From positions 5,902 through 69,901 of IMG/VR virus record IMGVR_UViG_3300032323_001720: a DNA stretch of 64,000 nt; one strand, given 5' to 3'. The translations under genes and the position numbers were made by a program. This DNA comes from a virus. Under the pieces are notes generated by a model. It was given only the letters and a program-made list of their open reading frames with translations, was not told the DNA's origin and made no database searches. Below are positions 1 through 9,351 of this stretch, piece after piece. Every line of letters begins with the position of its first letter. Within the stretch, counting starts at the first letter, position 1.

Positions 1-1079
1 AAACAATATACATGTTGCGTGTTTATGATTACAATTCAACACCAAACACTGCATTGCCACTGAAAACGGAAAAGAATGTTAACTTGCGAATGGTTAATGC
101 TGCACTAGATCCAAGTTACGGTTCCAATGGTGTAAGAAGATATGGTGATGGTAACGCAAGAGCTAATGCATCTTTCTTGAACGGGCTTGTTGTCAGTCAA
201 GGTCAATATCTGAACTCAAAAGGTAAACCAAGTTCTTCAGACGTACTACAAAGTAAGATTTATAACAACTTCACTTACATAATCAGTGTTGAAAAAGAGA
301 TTGAAAAATACAGAGACATATTATTGAATCTGTTGCACCCAACAGGAATGAATTTCTTGGGTAGATATGTATTAAAATCAAATGCTGAGTATCAACTTGA
401 TACCTACAGTGCGGTATATCAGGGTTACCCACTAGATCACTTTACAGGTTATACTGGTACACACGCACATATCTATACCAGTTTTACAAACGGCAGCAAC
501 AACATAATTTACTTTGACGATTTGGCTGGTTCAAATATTGCAAACATTATATTTGCAAATACAGACACGATTGTATTGAAACCAACAAATGGTCCGTATG
601 TTTCTTCAAAAGTTATCTCTGTCAATAGTGTTGCAAATACAGTAACAGTTGAAAACAATGTATGGCTGACTTATGCAAACGTTGCATTCGTATCTGGCAA
701 TTCTGGTTCGAACTTCATAAATATTAGATCATTGACTGGTGCATATAATATTATAAACAATGGTCAATATAGCAACACGGATTATCCAATCAAAGATATC
801 GTTTACGTGGGCGATACAATTTTGGTAGATAATAACACAAGTAAAGTTGTGCAGAGTGTTGACTTTGAAAACGATAAGATTTATTTGACAGCGAATCTAA
901 CATCAAATGTTGGTAATACACTAATGTCGGTCAACAGAACATTCATTGCAAATACATCTCTGGATTCAAGACAGATATTCATTTATGGTGCAGTTGGTCA
1001 AGTTTATGTACCAGAACTTACAACAGAAGATGGACTTTCAATAACAACTGAAGATGGTAGAACACTTCTATTAGGATAA
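1..1079 (+). CDS. Baseplate wedge protein, T4 gp7-like (C-terminal part; 5' truncated by window edge)
   Basis: Frame is open to the window start (ACA ATA TAC ATG). LQSKIYNNFTYII...YRDILLNLLHPTGM resembles the gp7-like motif of aquatic T4-like phages, and the gene lies upstream of gp8. Confidence 0.65.
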   Translation, partial: TIYMLRVYDYNSTPNTALPLKTEKNVNLRMVNAALDPSYGSNGVRRYGDGNARANASFLNGLVVSQGQYLNSKGKPSSSDVLQSKIYNNFTYIISVEKEIEKYRDILLNLLHPTGMNFLGRYVLKSNAEYQLDTYSAVYQGYPLDHFTGYTGTHAHIYTSFTNGSNNIIYFDDLAGSNIANIIFANTDTIVLKPTNGPYVSSKVISVNSVANTVTVENNVWLTYANVAFVSGNSGSNFINIRSLTGAYNIINNGQYSNTDYPIKDIVYVGDTILVDNNTSKVVQSVDFENDKIYLTANLTSNVGNTLMSVNRTFIANTSLDSRQIFIYGAVGQVYVPELTTEDGLSITTEDGRTLLLG

Positions 1080-1082
1080 AAA

Positions 1083-2441
1083 ATGTCAACAGTAAAAATT
1101 ACAGACTTAGCATCAAAAACGCTGGCAACAAACACTGCAAATACAATATTTGTTGGTGTGGATTTGCCAACTGGCGTAACAGGAAAGTATACAGCCAAAA
1201 ATTTAGTTGATAATCTGTATGCAAATGATCCTTTGCCCATTGGTAATACAATTATATTTGCTGACAGTACCACACAAAATACTTCTTTCGCTGCGGCAGC
1301 ATCATATGCAAATGCTGCGTTCTTAAGAGCCAATGCAGCATACGGTTCACAGAACACAACAGGAACTTATGCCAATGCAGCATTCTTGGTGGCAAATACA
1401 CCACACGCTATTGCAAACTCTGCTGCACTATATGCCAACGGCGCATTCTTACAATCAAATGCTGCATTCTTGGTAGCAAATACACCTACACATGTAGCAA
1501 ACTCAGCAGCTCTCTATGCTAACGGTGCATTCGCAAAAGCAAATGCTGCACTGGCCAATACATCAGGAACATTTGATGGTAACCTATCAGTAACAGGCAA
1601 TTTAAACTTATTGAATGGTTCACTATCTTCTGCTGGAAACATGACTGTCAATGGAACCATGGTTCTCGCTAATAGCAACTTTTCAGCGACAGAATCTGCA
1701 ATAACAATCAAGGCAACTGCAAATACGGCCACACCGTCAAATGATGGTTACATGCTGCACATTTCAGGTAAACAAAACGTTGCTTCACGAATCGTATTTG
1801 ATTCTTATAGTGTGACTGGCAATGCATATGCTGTTGTTGCTGGTAGAACAGCAAGAGGTACAGTCGATGCACCATTAGCCGCAGCAAATGGTGATGTGTT
1901 GATGAGAGTTTCGGGTAACGGCCATGGTGGTGCAGGTGCAGGCTTCACACAGTTTGGTGTTGCTCGTATTGATATCGTTGCAACAGAAAACTATTCTTTG
2001 ACAAATAGAGGATCACAGATTCAATTCTGGAATTGCCCAGTAGGATCTAATACACTACAAAGAATTGCATCATTCAATGGTGATTCTGTAACTTTCACGG
2101 GTGTTGTTGAACCACAAAAAGGATTCATTTACGTACCAACGGTTCTCCCTGGTTCACAAACAGCATTCACAATTGATTTTTCAACAACATCATTAATTAA
2201 AGCAAGTGTGGCCGCAGATTGTACCATATCACTTTCAAATTATGTATATGGTAAAGTTGTTGAGGTTTGGATAACGAATACATCAGGACTTACAAGAACA
2301 ATTACACACGGATGCACAGCAACCAATTCTAGTGAAAATTCTGCCACATTTACAATGCCTGGAACAAGTTCAGCTTATTTGAAGTATTTCAGTATTGATG
2401 GTGATAATGCAAATACATTTGTAGCAATCCAACACGGTTAA
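1083..2441 (+). CDS. Putative tail fibre / virion structural protein with ANSAALYANGAF repeats
   Basis: N-terminal KITDL motif, Ala/Asn repeats, Thr/Ser/Gly-rich beta-type C-terminus, located between baseplate genes. Confidence 0.55.
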   Translation: MSTVKITDLASKTLATNTANTIFVGVDLPTGVTGKYTAKNLVDNLYANDPLPIGNTIIFADSTTQNTSFAAAASYANAAFLRANAAYGSQNTTGTYANAAFLVANTPHAIANSAALYANGAFLQSNAAFLVANTPTHVANSAALYANGAFAKANAALANTSGTFDGNLSVTGNLNLLNGSLSSAGNMTVNGTMVLANSNFSATESAITIKATANTATPSNDGYMLHISGKQNVASRIVFDSYSVTGNAYAVVAGRTARGTVDAPLAAANGDVLMRVSGNGHGGAGAGFTQFGVARIDIVATENYSLTNRGSQIQFWNCPVGSNTLQRIASFNGDSVTFTGVVEPQKGFIYVPTVLPGSQTAFTIDFSTTSLIKASVAADCTISLSNYVYGKVVEVWITNTSGLTRTITHGCTATNSSENSATFTMPGTSSAYLKYFSIDGDNANTFVAIQHG

Positions 2442-2447
2442 TAAATA
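2440..2447 (+). promoter_or_regulatory. T4-type late promoter-like box (AATAAATA)
   Basis: One mismatch to TATAAATA, immediately upstream of gp8; the same variant recurs before several structural genes. Confidence 0.45.
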
Positions 2448-2454
2448 ACTCACT

Positions 2455-3822
2455 ATGACAAATAAAATCGTAATCACACCTGAAGCTAAGCTCTTACAAG
2501 TGCAACAGAGTTATTATGCACCTGTTGCCGTAATCGCATCGAAAAATAACCTACCTGTTGAAACAAACTATTGTTTTCTTTCCAGAGTTGACCCGTGGCC
2601 ACAGGCAAATACACCACCAGTTCCAGGTTTAGATCAAAAGAGTAGAAAAGAAGTTTTCAAAAACATCTTCGCGGTGAAAAAAGTAAACACTTCTGATATT
2701 TCTCCAGTAATTCAAAGAATCGATTGGGAATCAGGAACAATTTACGACTATTATCGTGATGATATTAATATTCTAGAACAAGATGAAAACGGAAATTTAG
2801 TTTACAATTTCTACATCAAAAACAAATACGATCAAGTTTTTAAGTGCTTGTGGAATGGAAATGGTGCAGCTGCAACAGATGAACCAATGTTCACACCAGG
2901 CACATATGGAACAAATAACATTTATGTTGGCTCTGATGGTTACAAATGGAAATTTATCTATGCCATTGATGCCGGTTTAAAAGTTAAATTCATGGACACA
3001 AAATGGATGCCCGTTGGTGTCACCACAAATTCATTGAATCCACTTTCTACCGCGGAAGGTATTGGTGGAGTTGAGGTCATAAACATATACAATGGTGGTT
3101 CAGGTTACGATGCACCCAATGCAACGGTTACTATAACTATAACTGGTGATGGCAATGGTGCAATTGCAACTGCCAATACATCTAATGGATCTATTATTGA
3201 TATCACCATTACAAATCCCGGTGCAAATTACACTTACGCAAATGTAATCGTCACATCAGCTTTAGGTAGCGGCGTGGTTGCGTATGCGAACACATCACCT
3301 GTTGGTGGCCATGGTTACGATCCGATTTCTGAACTTGGTTGTTCACATGTTATGTATTCTGTTGAGTTTAATGGCTCTGAAAATGGTGAAATACCAACAG
3401 ACATTGACTTTCACCAATTAGGTTTGGTAGTAAATCCAACATCTAAACAAACAACTCCAAATCCAGCAAACGGTACAATTTTCAGAACAACAACCGATTT
3501 CGTTGTCTCTTCTGGTTTCGGATCGTTCCTAAAAGATGAGGTTGTTTATCAAGGTCCTTCTTTGGCAGCGGCAACATTTACTGCAAAAGTTTTGAGTTTT
3601 GATGTTGCAAGCAATGTGCTCAGACTCATAAATACAACAGGCACACCAATATTTAATGGTTCCGTTTACGGAAACACATCATCAACAGCAAGAACTGTAC
3701 TAACCATCAGTTATCCAAGCTTTGTTTTATTCTCTGGATATTTGGCATATATAGAAAATAGAGAAGGTATTCAAAGAAGTGCTGACGGCATAGAACAATA
3801 TAGATTCGTATTAGGTTACTAA
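2455..3822 (+). CDS. gp8: Baseplate wedge subunit gp8
   Basis: RIDWESGTIYD, VFKCLWN, DGYKWKFIY and terminal YIENR..IQRS motifs typical of T4-like gp8. Confidence 0.85.
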   Translation: MTNKIVITPEAKLLQVQQSYYAPVAVIASKNNLPVETNYCFLSRVDPWPQANTPPVPGLDQKSRKEVFKNIFAVKKVNTSDISPVIQRIDWESGTIYDYYRDDINILEQDENGNLVYNFYIKNKYDQVFKCLWNGNGAAATDEPMFTPGTYGTNNIYVGSDGYKWKFIYAIDAGLKVKFMDTKWMPVGVTTNSLNPLSTAEGIGGVEVINIYNGGSGYDAPNATVTITITGDGNGAIATANTSNGSIIDITITNPGANYTYANVIVTSALGSGVVAYANTSPVGGHGYDPISELGCSHVMYSVEFNGSENGEIPTDIDFHQLGLVVNPTSKQTTPNPANGTIFRTTTDFVVSSGFGSFLKDEVVYQGPSLAAATFTAKVLSFDVASNVLRLINTTGTPIFNGSVYGNTSSTARTVLTISYPSFVLFSGYLAYIENREGIQRSADGIEQYRFVLGY

Positions 3823-3831
3823 AGGAAAAAA

Positions 3832-6800
3832 ATGGCTCTGAATTTTAACGTTGATCCATATTACGATGATTTTGACCCATCAAAGAATTTTCATCGTATT
3901 CTTTTTAAACCGGGTGTGGCAGTACAGGCAAGAGAGCTAACACAATCCCAAACAATTCTGCAAAGCCAGATTTCTAAGTTTGCAGATAACATCTTCTCTC
4001 AGAATACACCAGTTACCGGTGGTAAAGTTACCATCAATCAGAACTGTTACTATTTAAAACTAAATGCTCAGTACAATAGTGCTGACATTGTTGCTGGCGA
4101 TTTCACCAACAAAATCATTCAAGATTCAACTGGTCAAATTATTGCGAAAGTAATTAAGACAGCAGAAGCCACAGGTACAGACATTGCAGCAGGTGATCCA
4201 CCAACACTGATCGTTACTTATTTGTCTGGTCAAAAGTTCAGTGATGGTATGGATGTTTTCCCAGCCGATGGATCAAACTTCGCAGCAACAATTATTGGTA
4301 CTCTTGGTGGTTCAACAGGTGTTGGTCTATCTTCTGTTGCATCCATTTCTGATGGTGTTTTCTATATTGTCAATGGATATTCACAATCAAACGTACAGAA
4401 TGAAGATGGCACATATACCAAATATTCTATTGGTAACTTTGTGTCCGTTCAACCACAAACAACAATATTAGACAAGTACAGTTCAACACCGTCCTATCGT
4501 GTCGGTTTGTCGATCCAAGAAACGATTGTGGACTATATCGATGATCCATCACTGTTGGATCCGGCAGTTGGTGCATCAAACTATCAAGCACCAGGTGCAG
4601 ACAGATACCAAATCAATCTTTCACTGACAACTTTAGCATTGGAACCAGGTAATGATGATGCATTCGTTGAACTGTTAAGAATCGAAAATGGTAATGTTCG
4701 CAAGCAAGTAAACAACACGGTTTATTCCGTTATCGATGAATACTTTGCAAAGAGAACATCTGAAACAAATGGTGATTATATTGTCAGCAATTTCAAGATA
4801 ACACCTTCTGCAAACACAATCGATGCAAATACATATATCTTAGGCGTTGGTCCTGGTATTGCATATGTTCAAGGTTTCAGATTAGAAAATCAATCAACGT
4901 TACAAATTACATCTGATCGTGCAAGAACAACAGATTCTGTAAACAACAACAGTAACTTTATTGATTATGGCAATTACATCTACATTGATAATCTAAAAGG
5001 ACAAGGTAGCAGTTTCTTTGATATCACAACCGGAAGCCCAGTAGATTTTCACGTTGTTGGTGCTGCAGCTGTTAGCAGAGCAAATACAACAACTTACAAT
5101 TCAACATTGGCAGGCAGTGGTTACATTCGTGCATTGAGTTATGTTCAGGCATCAAACGGTTCGAACACACAAACATACACCTACAAAGCACACATCTTTG
5201 ATCTTGCAAGTAAAACACTTTCAAGCAATGTTTCATCCGCCAACACCAATTTCACGACACTATATGTCGGTTCAGCTGGTCAATTGTCGAACGTAGCAAA
5301 TGCATACGTTGGTTGTTCCATCACAATTAATTCTGGTACAAATGCAGGTGATGCAAGAACAATCACCTACTATGATCCGAACAATAAGACAATTCAAACT
5401 GACGCACCATTCACGATTGCGCCGGACGCAACTTCACAGTTCTCAATTCGTTTTGGTGTAAAAGATTTTGAAACAATGGTACAACCTGTTGTTGGTACAC
5501 CTTACACATATACAGGCAGTGCAAGTATTAGTAATCTAGGTAAAGTGAATAATGTTGCTTCAGGTTATGCACAGTTGTTCAACCCCGGAAATCCTCAACT
5601 GATCTTCCCATTGGGTAACAAGTTTGTTTCTGCCGTAACCGATTCTTCTTTCACCACACTGCAAGAATATAGAGCACAATCTTTTGCTAGTTATTTGACT
5701 GGTTCTAGAAGATATTTACAGTTAGATCCATCATCGACAGGAACATTCGACCTGATCAGAACAGGCACAACAGAATCTGCTGATGCAATCAGACAAAACT
5801 GGATAGTTGTTGTTACAGACAGACTAACCAATACAACAATAAACAATGGTGATGTTATCGACTTCACAACAGGCACCAGAAGCATTGCTGTTGATTCGGA
5901 CAAAAATGGTGCATATCTAACATGCCCAGACCTTGCACCATTCACAGCAACAATCTATGTTAAACTGTCTGTTACAGATGGCAATGATACAAACTATGTG
6001 TTGAAAACCAAAACACTTGTTCAAGCAAACACAACAGTAGCAAGTTCTGCTGGTCCAGATGGAGTTGTCAACAACACATATGTTGACTTGACAAACGGAC
6101 AAATTTGGATTCCAACTGCTGGTGTATTGAGTTATGGTAACAACCAGAAATTGTATGTTTCAGATGTTAAGAGAATTGTTAAGATTATCGACACAAATGG
6201 TGAAACACCAAACACTGCTCTGTTGTCAACCGGAACAGATATAACATCATACTACACATTCAATGACGGTCAAACCGATAGTTATTATGGCCACTCATAC
6301 ATCACACTGAAACCTGGTCGCCAGAAACCAGTTTCATTGTGGATTCTATTTGATCACTTCAGTCATTCTGGTGGTGATGGTTACTTCAGCGCACAGTCAT
6401 ATACAAACGTTGGATTCACCGACAGACCAAAATACTATGCAGGTAACGGTACACTATATGATCTGAAAGACTGTTTAGATTTCAGACCTGCTGTATTGAA
6501 TGGTCAAGGTAACTTTGTATTCAAATACAAAATCACACCAACAACTACAAACAGTTCTGGCTTCTTTATTCCAGCAGACTTGAGTGCATTCACATCTGAT
6601 TATGCATACTATCTGGGAAGAAAAGATATTCTTGTAATTGGTAAAGACAAGGGCATAAGATTAATTCAAGGTGTGCCGGACATTAATCCTGTTTTCCCAA
6701 CTCAACCGGAAGGATCGATGTTACTGGCTAACATATCATTAGATCCATACACCGAATATGTGACGGGACAAACGACAACTGGCCAAGTTGCAAACATCAA

Positions 6801-8898
6801 TGTTCAACCAGTTCTACACAAACGTTGGGCATTCAAAGACATTACGGATTTGCAAACACGTGTTAACAATCTGGAATATTACACATCATTGAATTTGTTG
6901 GAACAAAAGGCAACAAATCTACAAATACCTGATGGTAACGGCTTGAATCGTTTCAAGAACGGTATTCTAGTTGATGACTTCTCAACCTTCAGTGTTGGTG
7001 ACACATTCAATCCAGATTTTAGTGCTGCGATTAATACAAGATTGCAATACTTGTCACCTGCGATATTGGTTAAAAATTATCCTTTACAGAATCAACAACT
7101 ATTGAGTGTTGGTGGATTCAAAGGTTTGTCTAACACAGCAACTACAGGTCTGTCATTCAAGGCAACCAATACAGACAATTCACCACTGTATACTTTAAAA
7201 TATACAGAGGAAATAATTGCAAGTCAACCTCTGGCAAGCAGAACCATTTCTGTTAATCCTTTTGCTGTTGCAGATTCGATTGGTACATTGTCTCTGACTC
7301 CACCTATGGATAACTGGATCGACAACACAAAACAACCAGACTTGTTGTTTATTGATCCAAATCTGAGAATGTACAAACCGTCAAATGAATTCAATTTACT
7401 TGAAGGTGATCCAACATTGGCTGTTCTAGATTGGAAAACAATTCCAGGAACAGAAACAACAACCACACAAACATTAACTGATAGTGACGGTTCATCTTAC
7501 AATGCAAACGTTACAACTGTAGATAAACAAAATATTTACACATACGGTTACTGGTCACAATCATATTCTGTTGAAGGTAATTATATCTCTAATGTTTCGT
7601 TGTTACCATATATCAGAGCACAACAGATTTCATTCAGAGCAACAGACATGTTGTTCAATACTACAGTCAATGCATTCTTTGATGAGAAACGTGTTTCTCG
7701 TATGATAAGAAAGCCAAACATCATTGAATTGAATTCTGTTTCTGGCAAATTCAATATTGGTGATACGATTGGTTTCCTTGTTAGTTCCGTATTCACCAAA
7801 ACAGGCGTGATTTCTGATATCTACACTTATCCAAATGGCAATGTTCGTTTGTATGTTGTGGGTGATATTGGTAGCACAACTTATGGTGCAATCGTAAGAA
7901 ACGGATTCTTCAACACATCAGGTGTATATCAAAATAGCACAGCAAGTGGCACATATGTTTCTGAAACACATTATTCTGGTGCATTTAGAGCAAACACCAC
8001 TTCAGCAAACACTGTGACACTTGCATCATCGGCGTCATCAAGCAATACTGCTTATGTTGGCCAAGAATTTTGGATCGTTAATGGTTCGCAAGAAAGTGTT
8101 CTTTCTATACCTATCGGTCAAAAGGCAACAGTTTCAAGTTATAACGGTGTAACAAAAGTGGCAACGTTGAGTAGAAATGTGATTGCAAAGACTGGTGAAA
8201 CATACTCGATTGGATCATTAACAACAAACGAAGTTGGTTCTGTATCTGGTGTGTTTAATTGTCCTGGTGGTTACTTCAATGTGGGTGAAAGAACTTTCAG
8301 AATAGATAATAGAATTATCACCGAAGGTGCAACCGATTTCTTCTATAATAAAGGCACAGAAACCACATCGGCCGAAGCAACGTTCTTTGCACAAGGTCTT
8401 TCAACAAATTCACAGAAAATTAATTATTCTGCGAGTGTTTCTGGACAAGCAAACACGTTAACTACGATAAAGACATCCAATGATGTTGTAACAAACACTC
8501 AGAGAATACAAACTGGTGGCGGCGGTGGCGGTTGCTGTGTTATCTCTACAGCAATGGCTGACATGGGTATTTGGTCAAAAGATCAGAAGTTTGATCTAAT
8601 CGAATGGTGTGAAAAGTATCTACACAACAAGACACTTGGTGAATGCTTCCGCCGTGGATATCAAGTGATTGGTTCGAAGGTTGCTGTGCCGTTGTTGAGA
8701 GATCAAGGCATTGTCGGTAAGATCGTAAGACCTTATGGCAATTGGGCATTCACCAATGGTACAAACATGGTTCGTGGTAAAAAGTTCTCATGGTTGTCAT
8801 TACCAAACTCTCTGGTTTGGATTGCAGGTTTCATGGCAGTTGGTGCGGTCGTAACAACAAAGTATGCAAACAAGTGCTGGAAAAAACTGTACGAATAA
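3832..8898 (+). CDS. Large virion structural protein, DUF4815/VrlC-like N-terminal part, ending in a CFI-box-CTERM-like domain
   Basis: N-terminal PYYDDF...HRILFKPG.AVQARELTQ.Q, APGADRY, RV.NLEYYTSL.LLE and RFKNGILVDDF motifs; C-terminal GGGGGG-CCVISTA domain with a hydrophobic tail. Confidence 0.8.
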   Translation: MALNFNVDPYYDDFDPSKNFHRILFKPGVAVQARELTQSQTILQSQISKFADNIFSQNTPVTGGKVTINQNCYYLKLNAQYNSADIVAGDFTNKIIQDSTGQIIAKVIKTAEATGTDIAAGDPPTLIVTYLSGQKFSDGMDVFPADGSNFAATIIGTLGGSTGVGLSSVASISDGVFYIVNGYSQSNVQNEDGTYTKYSIGNFVSVQPQTTILDKYSSTPSYRVGLSIQETIVDYIDDPSLLDPAVGASNYQAPGADRYQINLSLTTLALEPGNDDAFVELLRIENGNVRKQVNNTVYSVIDEYFAKRTSETNGDYIVSNFKITPSANTIDANTYILGVGPGIAYVQGFRLENQSTLQITSDRARTTDSVNNNSNFIDYGNYIYIDNLKGQGSSFFDITTGSPVDFHVVGAAAVSRANTTTYNSTLAGSGYIRALSYVQASNGSNTQTYTYKAHIFDLASKTLSSNVSSANTNFTTLYVGSAGQLSNVANAYVGCSITINSGTNAGDARTITYYDPNNKTIQTDAPFTIAPDATSQFSIRFGVKDFETMVQPVVGTPYTYTGSASISNLGKVNNVASGYAQLFNPGNPQLIFPLGNKFVSAVTDSSFTTLQEYRAQSFASYLTGSRRYLQLDPSSTGTFDLIRTGTTESADAIRQNWIVVVTDRLTNTTINNGDVIDFTTGTRSIAVDSDKNGAYLTCPDLAPFTATIYVKLSVTDGNDTNYVLKTKTLVQANTTVASSAGPDGVVNNTYVDLTNGQIWIPTAGVLSYGNNQKLYVSDVKRIVKIIDTNGETPNTALLSTGTDITSYYTFNDGQTDSYYGHSYITLKPGRQKPVSLWILFDHFSHSGGDGYFSAQSYTNVGFTDRPKYYAGNGTLYDLKDCLDFRPAVLNGQGNFVFKYKITPTTTNSSGFFIPADLSAFTSDYAYYLGRKDILVIGKDKGIRLIQGVPDINPVFPTQPEGSMLLANISLDPYTEYVTGQTTTGQVANINVQPVLHKRWAFKDITDLQTRVNNLEYYTSLNLLEQKATNLQIPDGNGLNRFKNGILVDDFSTFSVGDTFNPDFSAAINTRLQYLSPAILVKNYPLQNQQLLSVGGFKGLSNTATTGLSFKATNTDNSPLYTLKYTEEIIASQPLASRTISVNPFAVADSIGTLSLTPPMDNWIDNTKQPDLLFIDPNLRMYKPSNEFNLLEGDPTLAVLDWKTIPGTETTTTQTLTDSDGSSYNANVTTVDKQNIYTYGYWSQSYSVEGNYISNVSLLPYIRAQQISFRATDMLFNTTVNAFFDEKRVSRMIRKPNIIELNSVSGKFNIGDTIGFLVSSVFTKTGVISDIYTYPNGNVRLYVVGDIGSTTYGAIVRNGFFNTSGVYQNSTASGTYVSETHYSGAFRANTTSANTVTLASSASSSNTAYVGQEFWIVNGSQESVLSIPIGQKATVSSYNGVTKVATLSRNVIAKTGETYSIGSLTTNEVGSVSGVFNCPGGYFNVGERTFRIDNRIITEGATDFFYNKGTETTSAEATFFAQGLSTNSQKINYSASVSGQANTLTTIKTSNDVVTNTQRIQTGGGGGGCCVISTAMADMGIWSKDQKFDLIEWCEKYLHNKTLGECFRRGYQVIGSKVAVPLLRDQGIVGKIVRPYGNWAFTNGTNMVRGKKFSWLSLPNSLVWIAGFMAVGAVVTTKYANKCWKKLYE

Positions 8899-8901
8899 AT
8901 T

Positions 8902-9351
8902 ATGGGACTAAGCGTAGCTGAATATTTCGCACAAAAGGAGGCATGTGCCTCCTGTGTGGATCACGGTACCGAAGAACATTGTGTTACCACATTATTGAGT
9001 AGAAAAGAAAATTGTTTTGTTTATAGTATTATACATAACCAAATTGGTGAGTATAAACAAGAAGAGATAGAATTGCTCAGAAAAATGAGGGAAGAATCCT
9101 CAGAAGAAGAGAATGTAATTTATTATGTTAGAGGTGAAAGAATCATCGAAAAGATGCATCTTATGGAGAAACCTTTCTATGAGCAGGTATCTTTTTTTAG
9201 TTATATCAACTTTAAATACATCAAAAGTGTTGTTGAAGCACTAGTTCAGAAACGAACAGAAGATGCAAAACGTCTAATAAATACTATGTTAGAAGTTCTT
9301 GAAAAAGAAAATAACATACCGAAGGAATTAAATGAGTTCAAGTACTATTGA
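8902..9351 (+). CDS. Hypothetical protein, CFI-box-like domain
   Basis: CFVYSII...EIELLRKMRE...YY.RGERII matches the CFIATA...L..LR.FRD...YY..GP.IA pattern by eye. Confidence 0.45.
   Translation: MGLSVAEYFAQKEACASCVDHGTEEHCVTTLLSRKENCFVYSIIHNQIGEYKQEEIELLRKMREESSEEENVIYYVRGERIIEKMHLMEKPFYEQVSFFSYINFKYIKSVVEALVQKRTEDAKRLINTMLEVLEKENNIPKELNEFKYY
9276..9283 (+). promoter_or_regulatory. Late promoter-like box (AATAAATA) upstream of the DUF4815 C-terminal gene
   Basis: About 50 nt upstream of the ATG at 9332, which has an AAGGA RBS. Confidence 0.4.

Noticed and set aside
8515-9340. Possible intein or self-splicing intron interrupting the DUF4815 gene
   Set aside because: No terminal HN/HNC Hint motif, no homing endonuclease motif and no recognisable group I/II structure; the downstream half has its own RBS and start.
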